A stretch of DNA of 64,000 bases from an uncultured Gammaproteobacteria bacterium. GTDB taxonomy: Bacteria > Pseudomonadota > Gammaproteobacteria > Steroidobacterales > Rariloculaceae. The notes under the pieces are model-generated. The model had not been told where the DNA came from. It saw only the letters and a list, made by a program, of their open reading frames with translations, and ran no database searches. A program made the position numbers and the translations under genes. Shown piece by piece: positions 27,240 through 36,791 of the stretch. Location of the stretch: contig CAWEOP010000001.1 of assembly GCA_963810755.1 (NCBI GenBank), forward strand, positions 89,807-153,806, read 5' to 3'. The stretch's first letter is position 1. Each line of letters opens with the position of its first letter.

Positions 27240-28395
27240 CTAGAACCCTTCCGGCCAGAGCTTCTTGTAGGCCGCATTCGCGGCCCAGCGCTGCGTCACA
27301 CTCGGGTGAAACACGTCGCCGGCTTTCGGCGTCCGCGCCTTCGCGCCGAGATTGAACGGCGGTTTCTTCCAAGGCGCGTGGAAGTCCTGTCCGTAGCGCG
27401 TGAGGTCGAGCACGCGCACCGGCGGCGTCGCGAACAGCACGCCGACGCCCGCGAGCTTCTGCATCATCCAGTCGAGTGCGATGTCGGAGAGGCCGGACTC
27501 GCGCGCGGCGTAGCCGCCGCCGACGTCCGAGTGCGCGCCGATGAACCACACTTGCTCGACGCGCTTGTCCTTGTCCCAGCGCGTCACGGGGAAGTCGCGG
27601 CGGCGCTCGTCGAGCGCCATCGCGTGAAAGCCGCGCTCGACGGCCGGGCTCAACTTCGTGTCGACGAAGCTGAAGAAGTCCTTGCGCGAGCCGCGCACGT
27701 AGTTCGGCACGCCCATGGACCCGACCGTGTCCCAAACGGCGACGGACTTGATCGGCACGTTCGCTATCGAGATCCGTCTTGCGCAGCGCGACGGCCGCGA
27801 TCGCCTCGCCCGCGAAATCCGCGATCGCGTTCAGCAGCGAGCTCAGCTTCCTGTCGCCCTGAAAGACGAGGCCCTTGCACTTGAACCAGGCTGCGAGACC
27901 GCGCAGGTACGCCTCCGACTTGTCGTCCGGGTCGTACTTACGCGGGTTCAGCAGGCCGACGCCGGAAATCAATCCCGCGAGCGCCCGCGCGGTGTACGCG
28001 CCGCGGCTGAAGCCTACGATGTGGATCGAGTCGCCGGGTGCGTAGTTGCGCGAGACGAACGTGTAGCCGCGGATGATCCGGGCGATCACGCCCGCGCCGA
28101 ACACGCCGCCGAGCACCTTCATCACGGCGTTCTTCGAGTCGCCGACGCCGTGGATGTACTTCGAGACTTGCGCGAGCCCCGCCGCTGCGCCGTACAGCAT
28201 CTCGGTTTCGTTGCGCAGCGCCTGGGTCTCGGCGGTCGCTTGGCCGCGCAAGCTCGCGAACAGCTTGACGACGTTGGTCACGCCGTCGTCGAGCTCGGCG
28301 TCGGTCTGCGCGGCGCCATCGATGTCGGAGGTGCTCGGAGCATCCGCCGGGCCGTTCCAGGTTCCGTCTGCGCAAAAGACGATTTGCTTCGGCAT
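27240..28395 (-). pseudogene. DUF2235 (Tle1-like alpha/beta hydrolase) domain protein, frameshifted
   Basis: MPKQIVFCADGTWNG..., GFSRGAYTARALAG, then after a frame change near 27765-27775, VWDTVGSMG and GAHSDVGGGY. Confidence 0.7.
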
Positions 28396-28557
28396 CGCGG
28401 GCTCCCGGACGCGCTGTGGGATGGCTCGTACACTAGCACGCGATCGCGCGACGCAGCGTGCAGCACTCACGCTTTAGCCGCGCATCGATTGCCGCTACGC
28501 TATTGCGTAGGCTGAGCACTCGTGACCGTGACTTCCCTGATTCTCTCGGAGCATAGA

Positions 28558-29316
28558 ATGAAGAGGACCTTTCTCGGGGCGGCCGCTACGGCGGCGATCC
28601 TGGCCGCGGGATGTGGGCCGTCGCAGCCCCCGCCCGTCGACGCACCCGTCGATTCCGCGGCGCAGGCCTGGACGGCGCTCGCGAAGCTCCCGAACTGGAG
28701 CGGTGTGTGGGAGGTCGACTGGCGCAACGCGCGCAAAGCGGCGCCGCGCCCGATGATGAAGCTCACGCCCGAATGGCAAGCGAAGGCCGACGCGTATCGG
28801 GCGGCGCAGGCCAAGGGCGAGAACCTGCAGAGCGAGGCAGCTAACTGCGTGCCGCCGGGCCTGCCGGGGATCATGAGCCAACCGTATCCGATTCAGTTTC
28901 TCTACCAGCCGGACAAGATCGTGATGCTGATCGAGACGTTCATGCAGTTCCGGCAGATCTGGATGGACGGCCGTCCCCATCCCGACGACCCGGACCTCAC
29001 GTTCTACGGCGACTCGATCGGCCATTGGGAAGGGGATACGCTCGTCATCGACACTGTCGGATTGAGCCCGCAGAACCGAATCGCGCCCGGCATTGGGCAC
29101 GGCGATCAGTTGCACGTCGTCGAGCGGATCCGCCGCGTCGACGCTGACTGGCTCGAGATCGAGACCACGCTCACCGATCCCGAGGTGCTCGCGGAGCCAT
29201 ACACGAGCACGGCCTCCTTCAAGCATCTCGACGACGAGATTCGCGAATACATTTGCCTCGAGAACAACCGCGACAGCGCCGACGAGAACGGCCGTCCCGG
29301 CATCGAGTTGGAGTGA
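28558..29316 (+). CDS. lipoprotein partner of the DUF6152-like gene (copy 3)
   Basis: ATG at 28558 and lipobox ILAAGC. Motifs NCVPPGLPGIM, GHWEGDTLVIDT, GHGDQL and EYICLENNRD. Confidence 0.85.
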   Translation: MKRTFLGAAATAAILAAGCGPSQPPPVDAPVDSAAQAWTALAKLPNWSGVWEVDWRNARKAAPRPMMKLTPEWQAKADAYRAAQAKGENLQSEAANCVPPGLPGIMSQPYPIQFLYQPDKIVMLIETFMQFRQIWMDGRPHPDDPDLTFYGDSIGHWEGDTLVIDTVGLSPQNRIAPGIGHGDQLHVVERIRRVDADWLEIETTLTDPEVLAEPYTSTASFKHLDDEIREYICLENNRDSADENGRPGIELE

Positions 29317-29318
29317 TC

Positions 29319-29726
29319 ATGAGCACGCATCGATTCCTCGCGCTCGCGGCCTCGGCCGCGCTCGTCGCCGCCGCCGCACCGGCGCTCGCGCACCATTCCA
29401 CGGCGATGTTCGACTTCGCTAAGACCATCGAGATCACGGGCACCGTGCAGGACTTTCAATGGACGAACCCCCACACGTGGACGAACGTCGCGGTCGAGGG
29501 CGGAGACTCCGCCGGCGTCTACGGTCTCGAGGGCATGAGCCCGAGCTACCTCGCGCGCAACGGTTGGACCAAGCGCACGCTGAATCCCGGCGACAAGCTC
29601 ACGTTCGCAGTGCATCCGCTCAAGGACGGACGCAAGGGCGGCTTCATGGTCAGCGCGACGCTCGCGGACGGCACGGTGCTCTACAACTTGCCGCGCCGTG
29701 CGGAGCCGTCGGACGAATTGCGCTAA
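29319..29726 (+). CDS. small secreted protein, DUF6152-like (copy 3)
   Basis: ATG lies 2 nt after the upstream stop. Signal peptide ...AAPALA, then HHSTAMFD and FQWTNPH. Confidence 0.85.
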   Translation: MSTHRFLALAASAALVAAAAPALAHHSTAMFDFAKTIEITGTVQDFQWTNPHTWTNVAVEGGDSAGVYGLEGMSPSYLARNGWTKRTLNPGDKLTFAVHPLKDGRKGGFMVSATLADGTVLYNLPRRAEPSDELR

Positions 29727-29763
29727 CAAGGTCCCGCGGTAGCGGGCGACGGCGACGGGCGCG

Positions 29764-30753
29764 CTAGCGCGCTGCGCCGGTTCCCTTGAGCCGCGCGAGG
29801 TAGTCCTTGCGAAAGCGCAGCGTGAGCGCGTCCGTGCGCACGGACTTCTCGTCGCGCGCGTCCGCGATCTCGATGGGCGAAGATGATTCGACGATCGCCT
29901 GATCTTCTTTCGCGATCCGCCGATTGGAGTAGTTGAACAGCCCGTCGAGGAGCCGCGACGTCAGGAAGGGGCGTACGGCGGACAGCAGCATGTGCGTGCG
30001 CTGCGAGTCGATCGGCACGCAAGCGACGGTCAGCAGCATCTTCCGGCCGAGCAGCGTGATGTGCAGGTTCATCTGATTCGGCCAACGATAGTCCAGCATT
30101 CCAGGCTGCGCCGCGCCGTCGAGGGTGATGCGCGAGCGCACGCCCCAAGGCTGCTCCTCGCGCTCGACGTCCATTCGCCCGGCGAGGGATTTCGCGAGCT
30201 TACGGCCGATGGTCGCGCGGTGGACGAACGGCAGGTGCGGCCAGTCGAGCATGTTCTCCATCGCGCGCGTCCAATGCGCCCGCCACTCGACGGCCGTGCC
30301 GCAGACGCGCACTCCGGGTGCGGTGAAGTACTCGTTCACCGCGGGCTCGCCGTCGGCAACTGCGTTGACGGCCGTGTAGATCCAGATCTGCGCGCCGAGC
30401 TCGCGCGCCGGCACGACGTCGGCATGCAGCTGCGCGAGCTTCGCGTCCGGGTTCCAAGGCACGTGCACGACGCGCCCCTGCGCGTCGAAGCGCCAGCCGT
30501 GGAACGGACACTCGAGGCAGCCGTCCACGACGTGGCCGAGCGACAGCGCCGCGCCGCGGTGCGGGCAGCGGTCGAGCAGCGCGCGCGGCGTGCCGTCGGC
30601 GGCGCGAAAGAGCGCGAGCCGGGTGCCGGCAATGGTCACCGCGAGCGGACGCTGCGTGCCGAGGTCGGCCGCGAAGGCAGCAGGGGTCCAGACGTTGGCG
30701 AAATCTTGGAACAAGCCGCTCCTCCGCAAATACGCACTAACCGCGTGAGACAT
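29764..30753 (-). CDS. Rieske [2Fe-2S] domain oxygenase (PaO/VanA-like)
   Basis: CPHRG...CPFHGW Rieske motif plus a C-terminal catalytic-like domain. 329 aa. Confidence 0.8.
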   Translation of the reverse strand: MSHAVSAYLRRSGLFQDFANVWTPAAFAADLGTQRPLAVTIAGTRLALFRAADGTPRALLDRCPHRGAALSLGHVVDGCLECPFHGWRFDAQGRVVHVPWNPDAKLAQLHADVVPARELGAQIWIYTAVNAVADGEPAVNEYFTAPGVRVCGTAVEWRAHWTRAMENMLDWPHLPFVHRATIGRKLAKSLAGRMDVEREEQPWGVRSRITLDGAAQPGMLDYRWPNQMNLHITLLGRKMLLTVACVPIDSQRTHMLLSAVRPFLTSRLLDGLFNYSNRRIAKEDQAIVESSSPIEIADARDEKSVRTDALTLRFRKDYLARLKGTGAAR

Positions 30754-30880
30754 TCAGCGCGCAATCCCGAACGGATACAACTCGGAGAAGTCAGCTGACT
30801 GACGGAAACGCACGTTGCGCGAAAGTCGGGTAGAGTCCGTTGCAAGAAACAACGCTAACGTTCGAACAAGGGAGAGCTCG

Positions 30881-31804
30881 ATGTATTCCGCCACGGTGTC
30901 GCCGATCCGAATCTTGATCGCATCGGCCGTGCTCGCCGCCGCTCTCCCGGCCGGCGCGCAGCTGCAGAGTCTCGACGAGCAGCTCAAGACCACGCAGATT
31001 CGGCCCGAGAAGATCGCGGACAATTTCTACGTGCTGTTCGGTGTCGGCGGCAACATCGTGGTCTCGATCGGCGACACCGGCACGCTGATCGTCGACGCGC
31101 AATTCCCCGAGATGGTGCCGAGGTACAAGGCGAAGATCGGCGAGCTCGGCGGCGGCAAGATCGATTTCCTCATCAACACGCACGGGCATTTCGATCACGC
31201 CGACGGCAACAAGGTGCTCGGCCCCGAGGGCACGTGGATCGTCGCGCACGAGAACGCGCGGCAAATGATGATGAAGCACGTCACGGTCAATCTCGTGAGC
31301 ACGCAGCGCGATCAACCCGCCTACGCGAAGGAAGCGTGGCCCGTCGAAACCTACGACCGCTCGATGCGGCTCTATTTCAACGGCGAGCGCATCGATCTCA
31401 TGAACTTCGGTCCCGCGCACACGATGGGCGACACGGCCGTGCTGTTCCGCACCCACAACCTCGTGCACATGGGCGACGTCTACAACAACGCCGGGTACCC
31501 GTTCATCGACGTCGACAACGGCGGGAGCTTGAACGGCGTGATCGAGTTCTGCTCGAACGTGCTCAAGGAGCTCGACGCGCAGTCGATCGTCGTGCCGGGC
31601 CACGGGCCGGTCGCGAAATACCAGGATCTCGTCGACTTCGTCGCGATGCTCACGACGATCCGCGATCGTATGTCGGCGCTGATCAAGACCGGGGCGACGC
31701 TCGACCAGGTCACCGCCGCGAAGCTCACGGCCGAGTGGGACGCGAAGAAGGGCGACCCGGCGAGCTTCCTCAATCGGGCCTACACGAGCCTGTCGAAGAA
31801 GTGA
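30881..31804 (+). CDS. secreted MBL-fold metallo-hydrolase
   Basis: GGGAGA upstream of the ATG at 30881, signal peptide, INTHGHFDHADG motif. Confidence 0.8.
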   Translation: MYSATVSPIRILIASAVLAAALPAGAQLQSLDEQLKTTQIRPEKIADNFYVLFGVGGNIVVSIGDTGTLIVDAQFPEMVPRYKAKIGELGGGKIDFLINTHGHFDHADGNKVLGPEGTWIVAHENARQMMMKHVTVNLVSTQRDQPAYAKEAWPVETYDRSMRLYFNGERIDLMNFGPAHTMGDTAVLFRTHNLVHMGDVYNNAGYPFIDVDNGGSLNGVIEFCSNVLKELDAQSIVVPGHGPVAKYQDLVDFVAMLTTIRDRMSALIKTGATLDQVTAAKLTAEWDAKKGDPASFLNRAYTSLSKK

Positions 31805-31807
31805 TGC

Positions 31808-32220
31808 TCACTTCGGTTGGCTAGACCCCAATGGCCGCGGCGGCGGCGCGTCGCCGGGGCCGAGCACCGTGCCGTCGGCGAGCGTGATCGTCACGAGCGA
31901 GCCGTTCGGCCGGCCGTCGAGCAGCGGGTTCACGATGACGACCACGCTGTCGCCGGGCTGCGAGCGACGTCTTCTTCCAGCCGGTGCGCGCCATCATGTT
32001 GGGGCTGCCGCACTCGACGCCCCAATCGGTCGCCTGACCCTTTTCGTCGGACACCGTCACCTGGATCCACGCGTGCGGGTTCGTCCACTGAAAATCCTTG
32101 ACGGTCCCCGTGAGAGTCACTTTCTTCGTGCGGTCGAAGCTCGCGAACGAATGATGCGCGAACGCGGGTCGACGCGCCCGCGGCGACGGCGGCGGCGATC
32201 AAGATGGCCGTGATTCTCAT
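31808..32220 (-). pseudogene. DUF6152-like gene (copy 4), two frameshifts
   Basis: My translation gives MRITAILIAAAVAAGA.. then, in another frame, ..AFAHHSFASFDRTKKVTLTGTVKDFQWTNPH.., and a third frame for ..QPGDSVVVIVNPLLDGRPNGSLVTITLADGTVL. Confidence 0.7.
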
Positions 32221-32261
32221 GCGTAGTCCTCGCGGCGCCACTGCGACGCTTCCGGGGGCGC

Positions 32262-33087
32262 TCACTCGCGACGCGGATTGTCGCCGCAAAAGTACTCGAG
32301 CATGTCGATGTCGGGGCGGCGCTGGAAGTAGTGTTTGAGCACGACCTTCTCAGTGTAGTACTTCGGGTCGTCGATCGTGAGCTCGTCCTCGAGCAGCTCG
32401 CCGTTCGCGACGAGCCGGAAGCGTTCGACGAGATGCAGCTGCGTCGCTGAGCGGAAAGCGCGGGTCGTCGTCGATGCTGCTGACTTTCGCGTTCGAGCCG
32501 ACGCCGTTCGCCGCGCGAGCCTTGCCGTTCGTGCCGACGGTATCGACGACGAGCACGTCGCCGTCCCAGGTCCCGATCGAATGGCCGTTCCACGTCGCGA
32601 CGATCTCGTCTTCGGGCGGGTGGCCGCGGCCGTCGGTGTAGATCCGCCGCGGGATGCCGCTCGCTTCGCGCACGATCACGATCTGGTCCGGCGCCTCGAG
32701 CAGCTGGAGCGGGAAGATGCCGATCTCCCACATGTGAAACACGGGGCCGCCGGGCGTGCATGCCGTGAAGTTGCTGTGATCGTTCAAACGCTGCGATTCG
32801 GCCGCGCCGGCCGCGGTGAACGGCGGATTTCTGCGGCCACGGCGTGTTCGACCACGGCGCGGGCCCGGCTGGGTCCTCGAAACGTGCCGAGTGGAACCCA
32901 CACGCCCGTGAACCCGCGTTCGGACGCGGTGAGCTTGGACGCGGCCGCAGGCGAAGGCGCGCTGCCGGCACCGTGTCGCCCGCGCCGCGCGGGCCGCCGC
33001 AGCCCGCGACCGCCAGCGCCGCCGCAACGAGCAGCGCTTGGCCGTATGCGCGAGGCCGCCGCGTCCGCGACGTCGTGCGGCCGCTAC
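32262..33087 (-). pseudogene. partner gene (copy 4), multiply frameshifted, start codon not identifiable
   Basis: Fragments in different frames: lipobox-like ALLVAAALAVAGC, ..ACTPGGPVFHM.., GTWDGDVLVVDT, then QLHLVERF...MLEYFCGDNPRRE with the stop at 32264-32262. Confidence 0.6.
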
Positions 33088-33837
33088 CTAATGGCAGTAG
33101 CGATGATGCCGACACTCGACCGACCGCAGCGTGAGGTGCGTTTCGAGCGTTACGAAATCGCCCAGTCGGCTCGCCTGTGAACGGATCGAGGTTCGGGACT
33201 TTCGCGCGCATCACGACGGAGTGCGTCCCCGGCGGGAGCCGGTCGAGCATCAACCAATAGCCGCCCTGGAGCGCGGACAGGAGTCCGCCGTAGCCGTCGT
33301 TCTGAATCGGGCCGGCGTCGACGATGAACTCTTGCGGATGCGGTCGACTTTGACCACGTGCGACGCCCAGTTCCCGACGGGCCTGCCGTCGAGCCAGACG
33401 AACACGCTCTTGATGCCCTTGATGAAGTTCTCGTTGATGAGTTGCCGCGCGCAGCGAACCTCGGCGCACGGATCGAAGAGGGTCCAGAGATACGTCGCGA
33501 CCGGCAGCAGCACGTACTCGCCGCGCGGAACGTTGGCGCTGCCCACGAACGGATCGAGCCCGGACCCCTCGGCGAAGAATACCGGGCCGCGCACGTCGCC
33601 CAGATCCGCGAACTCCCCGGTCGTGTCGCTGAGAATCTCGGGATGGTCGAACGCCCACTGCCACCAGCGAGTTCCCCCACTCGGTGATCGAGCGCCCGGT
33701 CGCGGCGAGGATCTCGTCGTTCGAGAGCTCGCGCAAGCGGCTCCCGAGTGGTCCGCGTTGGCGGCGAAGCCGAGCAGAGAGCAGGCGAGGAGAAGAAGGA
33801 TCGAGCAGAAACGGCTACGGAAACCGAGCGCGCTCAT
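33088..33837 (-). pseudogene. secreted hypothetical protein, frameshifted
   Basis: MSALGFRSRFCSILLLLACSLLGFAANA signal peptide from the ATG at 33837. Coding-like pieces lie in three frames. Probable stop (TAG) at 33090-33088. Confidence 0.45.
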
Positions 33838-33938
33838 GGGTGTCCCCCTGTTGTTGTTCTGAGGGCCACGATAGTCGCACCGCGGCGCGCAAATCAATGT
33901 CCCGGAGCACAGAATCGTGCCGCTGCCGGAACCGAAAT

Positions 33939-34838
33939 TTACGGCGCGATCTCCGCGCCGCCTTCGCGCTCGACGTGCCGCACGAGCTCGCTCACGCTCG
34001 CGCCGCGGGCGGCAGCCGTGTCAGCGGCTTGCCAGATCTGCTGGCCGAGCGACCACATCGGCACCTTCGCTACCTTGCGCCGCGCGAGCTCGAGCGCGAT
34101 GCCGATGTCCTTCACCATGAGCTCGAGCTTGAACGGATCGTCGAACGCGCGGTTCGTGATGCGCTGTTTGATGTGCGTCTGCGTGATCCACGACATACCG
34201 GTCGACACGTTCAGCACGTCCGTCATCACGTTCGGATCGAGACCGAGCTTCTTGCCGAGCACGAGGCCTTCCGCCGTCGCGGCGAGCGTCATCGCGGTGA
34301 TGGTGTTGTTGATCGATTTCATCGCGTGGCCTGCGCCGATCGGCCCGAGATGGAACAGGTGCTTGCCCATGATCTCGAGCACCGGGCGCGCGCGCTCGAC
34401 CGAAGGTTTCGTGCCGCCGAGCATGAACACGAGCGTCGCGGCCTTCGCACCCATCTCGGCGCCCGAGGTCGCGGAGTCGACCATGTCGATGCCTTTCGCA
34501 GCGAGGCCTTTCGCCGTTTCGACGGTGAGCCACGGCTCGCACGACGACGTGTCGATCACGAGCTCGCCGCCGTCGAAGCCCTCGACGAGGCCGTCTTTTC
34601 CGAGCGCGACCTCGCGCACGTATTCGCCGGACGGCAGCATCGTGACGACGATCTCGGAGCGTTCGGCGACCTCGCGCGGCGTTGCGGCGACCTGCATCGT
34701 GCCGAAGCCTGCGGCTAGGCGCTCCGCTTTCTTGCGGTCGACGTCGAGCACCGTGAGCAAGTGCCCGGCTTTCGCGAGATGTCCGGCCATCGGTGTGCCC
34801 ATCACGCCGAGCCCAATGAAACCGATGCGCATTGCCAT
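33939..34838 (-). CDS. NAD(P)-dependent beta-hydroxyacid dehydrogenase (third paralog)
   Basis: MAMRIGFIGLGVMG at 34838, plus AMKSINN and KDIGIA motifs. 299 aa. Confidence 0.85.
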   Translation of the reverse strand: MAMRIGFIGLGVMGTPMAGHLAKAGHLLTVLDVDRKKAERLAAGFGTMQVAATPREVAERSEIVVTMLPSGEYVREVALGKDGLVEGFDGGELVIDTSSCEPWLTVETAKGLAAKGIDMVDSATSGAEMGAKAATLVFMLGGTKPSVERARPVLEIMGKHLFHLGPIGAGHAMKSINNTITAMTLAATAEGLVLGKKLGLDPNVMTDVLNVSTGMSWITQTHIKQRITNRAFDDPFKLELMVKDIGIALELARRKVAKVPMWSLGQQIWQAADTAAARGASVSELVRHVEREGGAEIAP

Positions 34839-35055
34839 GTGTAATCCACGCCCGCTGCGGGCTCCGCAAGAGTGAGCCGGCATGATAGACGATCGCGCCT
34901 CGTAGGCGCCCGATGGTACGGGGAGCGGGGTCGGCTCCCGTCGCTTGCCATGGCAGGATTCCGCGAGTAGCGTGCGGATCGATGCCGTTATGCGGTATCG
35001 CGAGTCGAGCGCAAGCATCGATCTCGTCCGAAGAATCAAGAATGGGGGATCCGCC

Positions 35056-35505
35056 ATGACTCGGCCGCGTTTCGGAATCTTGTTCGCCGTCGTCGCGGGC
35101 GTTGCGCTCGCATCGTTGCCCAGCGTGTTCGCCGCGGACTTCGTGATCATGAAGCCCGACCAAATCAAGTACGTGCCGAACGAGAATGGCACGGGACCCG
35201 ATATCGCCGTGATCTACGGCGACCCGACCAAGGCTGGCTTCTACATCATTCGCGCGCGCTTCAAACCCGGCGTCATGTCACGGCCGCACACGCATCCGAC
35301 CGACCGGCACGTGACCGTGATCTCCGGGACGTGGTGGGCCGGCACGGGCAAGACGTTCGACCCAAACAAGACGACGCCGCTCGGGGCCGGCAGCTACATG
35401 ATGCATCCCGCGAACGAGCCGCACTACGACGGCGCGAAAGACGTCGAGGCGATCGTCGAGATCAAGGGCATCGGCCCCGCGCCGAACGTGCCGGTAACGC
35501 AGTGA
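35056..35505 (+). CDS. secreted cupin-domain protein
   Basis: ATG at 35056 and a signal peptide. MSRPHTHPTDRHVTVISG and GSYMMHPANEPHYDG. Paralog of 12703..13155. Confidence 0.7.
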   Translation: MTRPRFGILFAVVAGVALASLPSVFAADFVIMKPDQIKYVPNENGTGPDIAVIYGDPTKAGFYIIRARFKPGVMSRPHTHPTDRHVTVISGTWWAGTGKTFDPNKTTPLGAGSYMMHPANEPHYDGAKDVEAIVEIKGIGPAPNVPVTQ

Positions 35506-35519
35506 GATTGGAGCCTTCG

Positions 35520-36791
35520 ATGACGAAAGACCTGAGCCAGGATTCGCTCGAGCCGGTCGCGGGCAACGGCCTGCTGCACCGGCGGATGTTTCTCACGCAC
35601 GGCGCCGCCGCCGGAGCCGCGTTGCTGACGGCCGGCGCCGCAAGCGCCGCACCGCTCGACGTGCCGCCGTCCATGAAGACCCCGGGCGTGCCTCCGAGCG
35701 CGTACGGCGAACGCTCGCCGCACGAGTCGAAGGTGGTGCGGATACCGAACGGCGCGGCGCCCTCGGCCGGCACGGGCGGCTCGCGAACGCCGCTCGAGAG
35801 CCTCGAAGGCATCATCACGCCGAGCTCGCTGCACTTCGAGCGGCATCACAACGGCATTCCCGATCTCGATCCCGAGACGCATCAGGTTTTGATCCACGGT
35901 CTCATCGAGCGGCCGTTGCTGTTCAGCATCGAGGCGCTGTCACGCTATCCGCTCGTGTCGCGGATCCAGTTCCTCGAATGCTCGGGCAATAGCGCGGGCA
36001 ACAACGCGGCGGACGCGCCGCAGCAGTCGGCGGGTGGCCTTCACGGCCTCGTCTCGTGCAGCGATTGGACCGGCGTGCCTCTCGCGATTCTGCTCGAGGA
36101 AGCCGGCGTGAAACCCGAGGGTAAGTGGTTGCTCGCCGAAGGCGCCGACGCGGCCGGAATGAGCCGCAGCGTGCCGATGGCGAAGGCAATGGACGACGCG
36201 ATCCTCGCGCTGTACCAGAACGGCGAGCGTCTCCGCCCGTCGAACGGATATCCGGTGCGGCTGTTCTTGCCGGGCTTCGAAGGCAACATGAACGTGAAGT
36301 GGCTGCGGCGAATCAAGGTGACGGCCGAGCCGACGATGACCAAGGACGAGACGTCGAAATACTCGGACTTGGGACTCGACGGCCGTTCGAAGCTGTTTAC
36401 GTTCCCGATGGAAGTGAAGTCGGTGATCACCTCGCCTTCGGGCGGACAGAAGATGAAAGGCTCGGGGCTCTACCAGGTGTCGGGTCTCGCGTGGTCGGGG
36501 TTCGGCAAGATCCGTCGCGTGGACGTGTCCGCGGATGGCGGCAAGAGTTGGGCGCAGGCAGCTCTGACCGAACCCGTGTTGTCGAAGGCGCTCGTGCGCT
36601 TCCGGATGCCGTGGCGTTGGGACGGCAGCCCGAGCACGCTGATGAGCCGTGCGGTGGACGAGACGGGCGCAGTGCAGCCGACGCGCGCGGCGTTGATCGG
36701 CACGCGCGGCGCGAACTACCGCTACCACTACAACGCGATTCAGAGCTGGAACGTCACGCCCGCGGGAGAGATCGGCAATGTCTACGTCTAA
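35520..36791 (+). CDS. sorA: sulfite dehydrogenase molybdopterin subunit SorA (copy 1)
   Basis: Tat-type signal (HRRMFLTHGAAAGAALL). ITPSSLHFERHHNG, FLECSGN and LPGFEGNMNVKWLRRI match the sulfite oxidase family. Followed by a cytochrome c gene. Confidence 0.85.
   Translation: MTKDLSQDSLEPVAGNGLLHRRMFLTHGAAAGAALLTAGAASAAPLDVPPSMKTPGVPPSAYGERSPHESKVVRIPNGAAPSAGTGGSRTPLESLEGIITPSSLHFERHHNGIPDLDPETHQVLIHGLIERPLLFSIEALSRYPLVSRIQFLECSGNSAGNNAADAPQQSAGGLHGLVSCSDWTGVPLAILLEEAGVKPEGKWLLAEGADAAGMSRSVPMAKAMDDAILALYQNGERLRPSNGYPVRLFLPGFEGNMNVKWLRRIKVTAEPTMTKDETSKYSDLGLDGRSKLFTFPMEVKSVITSPSGGQKMKGSGLYQVSGLAWSGFGKIRRVDVSADGGKSWAQAALTEPVLSKALVRFRMPWRWDGSPSTLMSRAVDETGAVQPTRAALIGTRGANYRYHYNAIQSWNVTPAGEIGNVYV

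Noticed and set aside
30881-31804. MBL-fold hydrolases (also 40326..41189) as the missing persulfide dioxygenase of the sulfide pathway
   Set aside because: Both are far from the sqr locus. The first is secreted. Neither shows the ETHE1-type context. I have no sequence basis beyond the generic HxHxDH motif.
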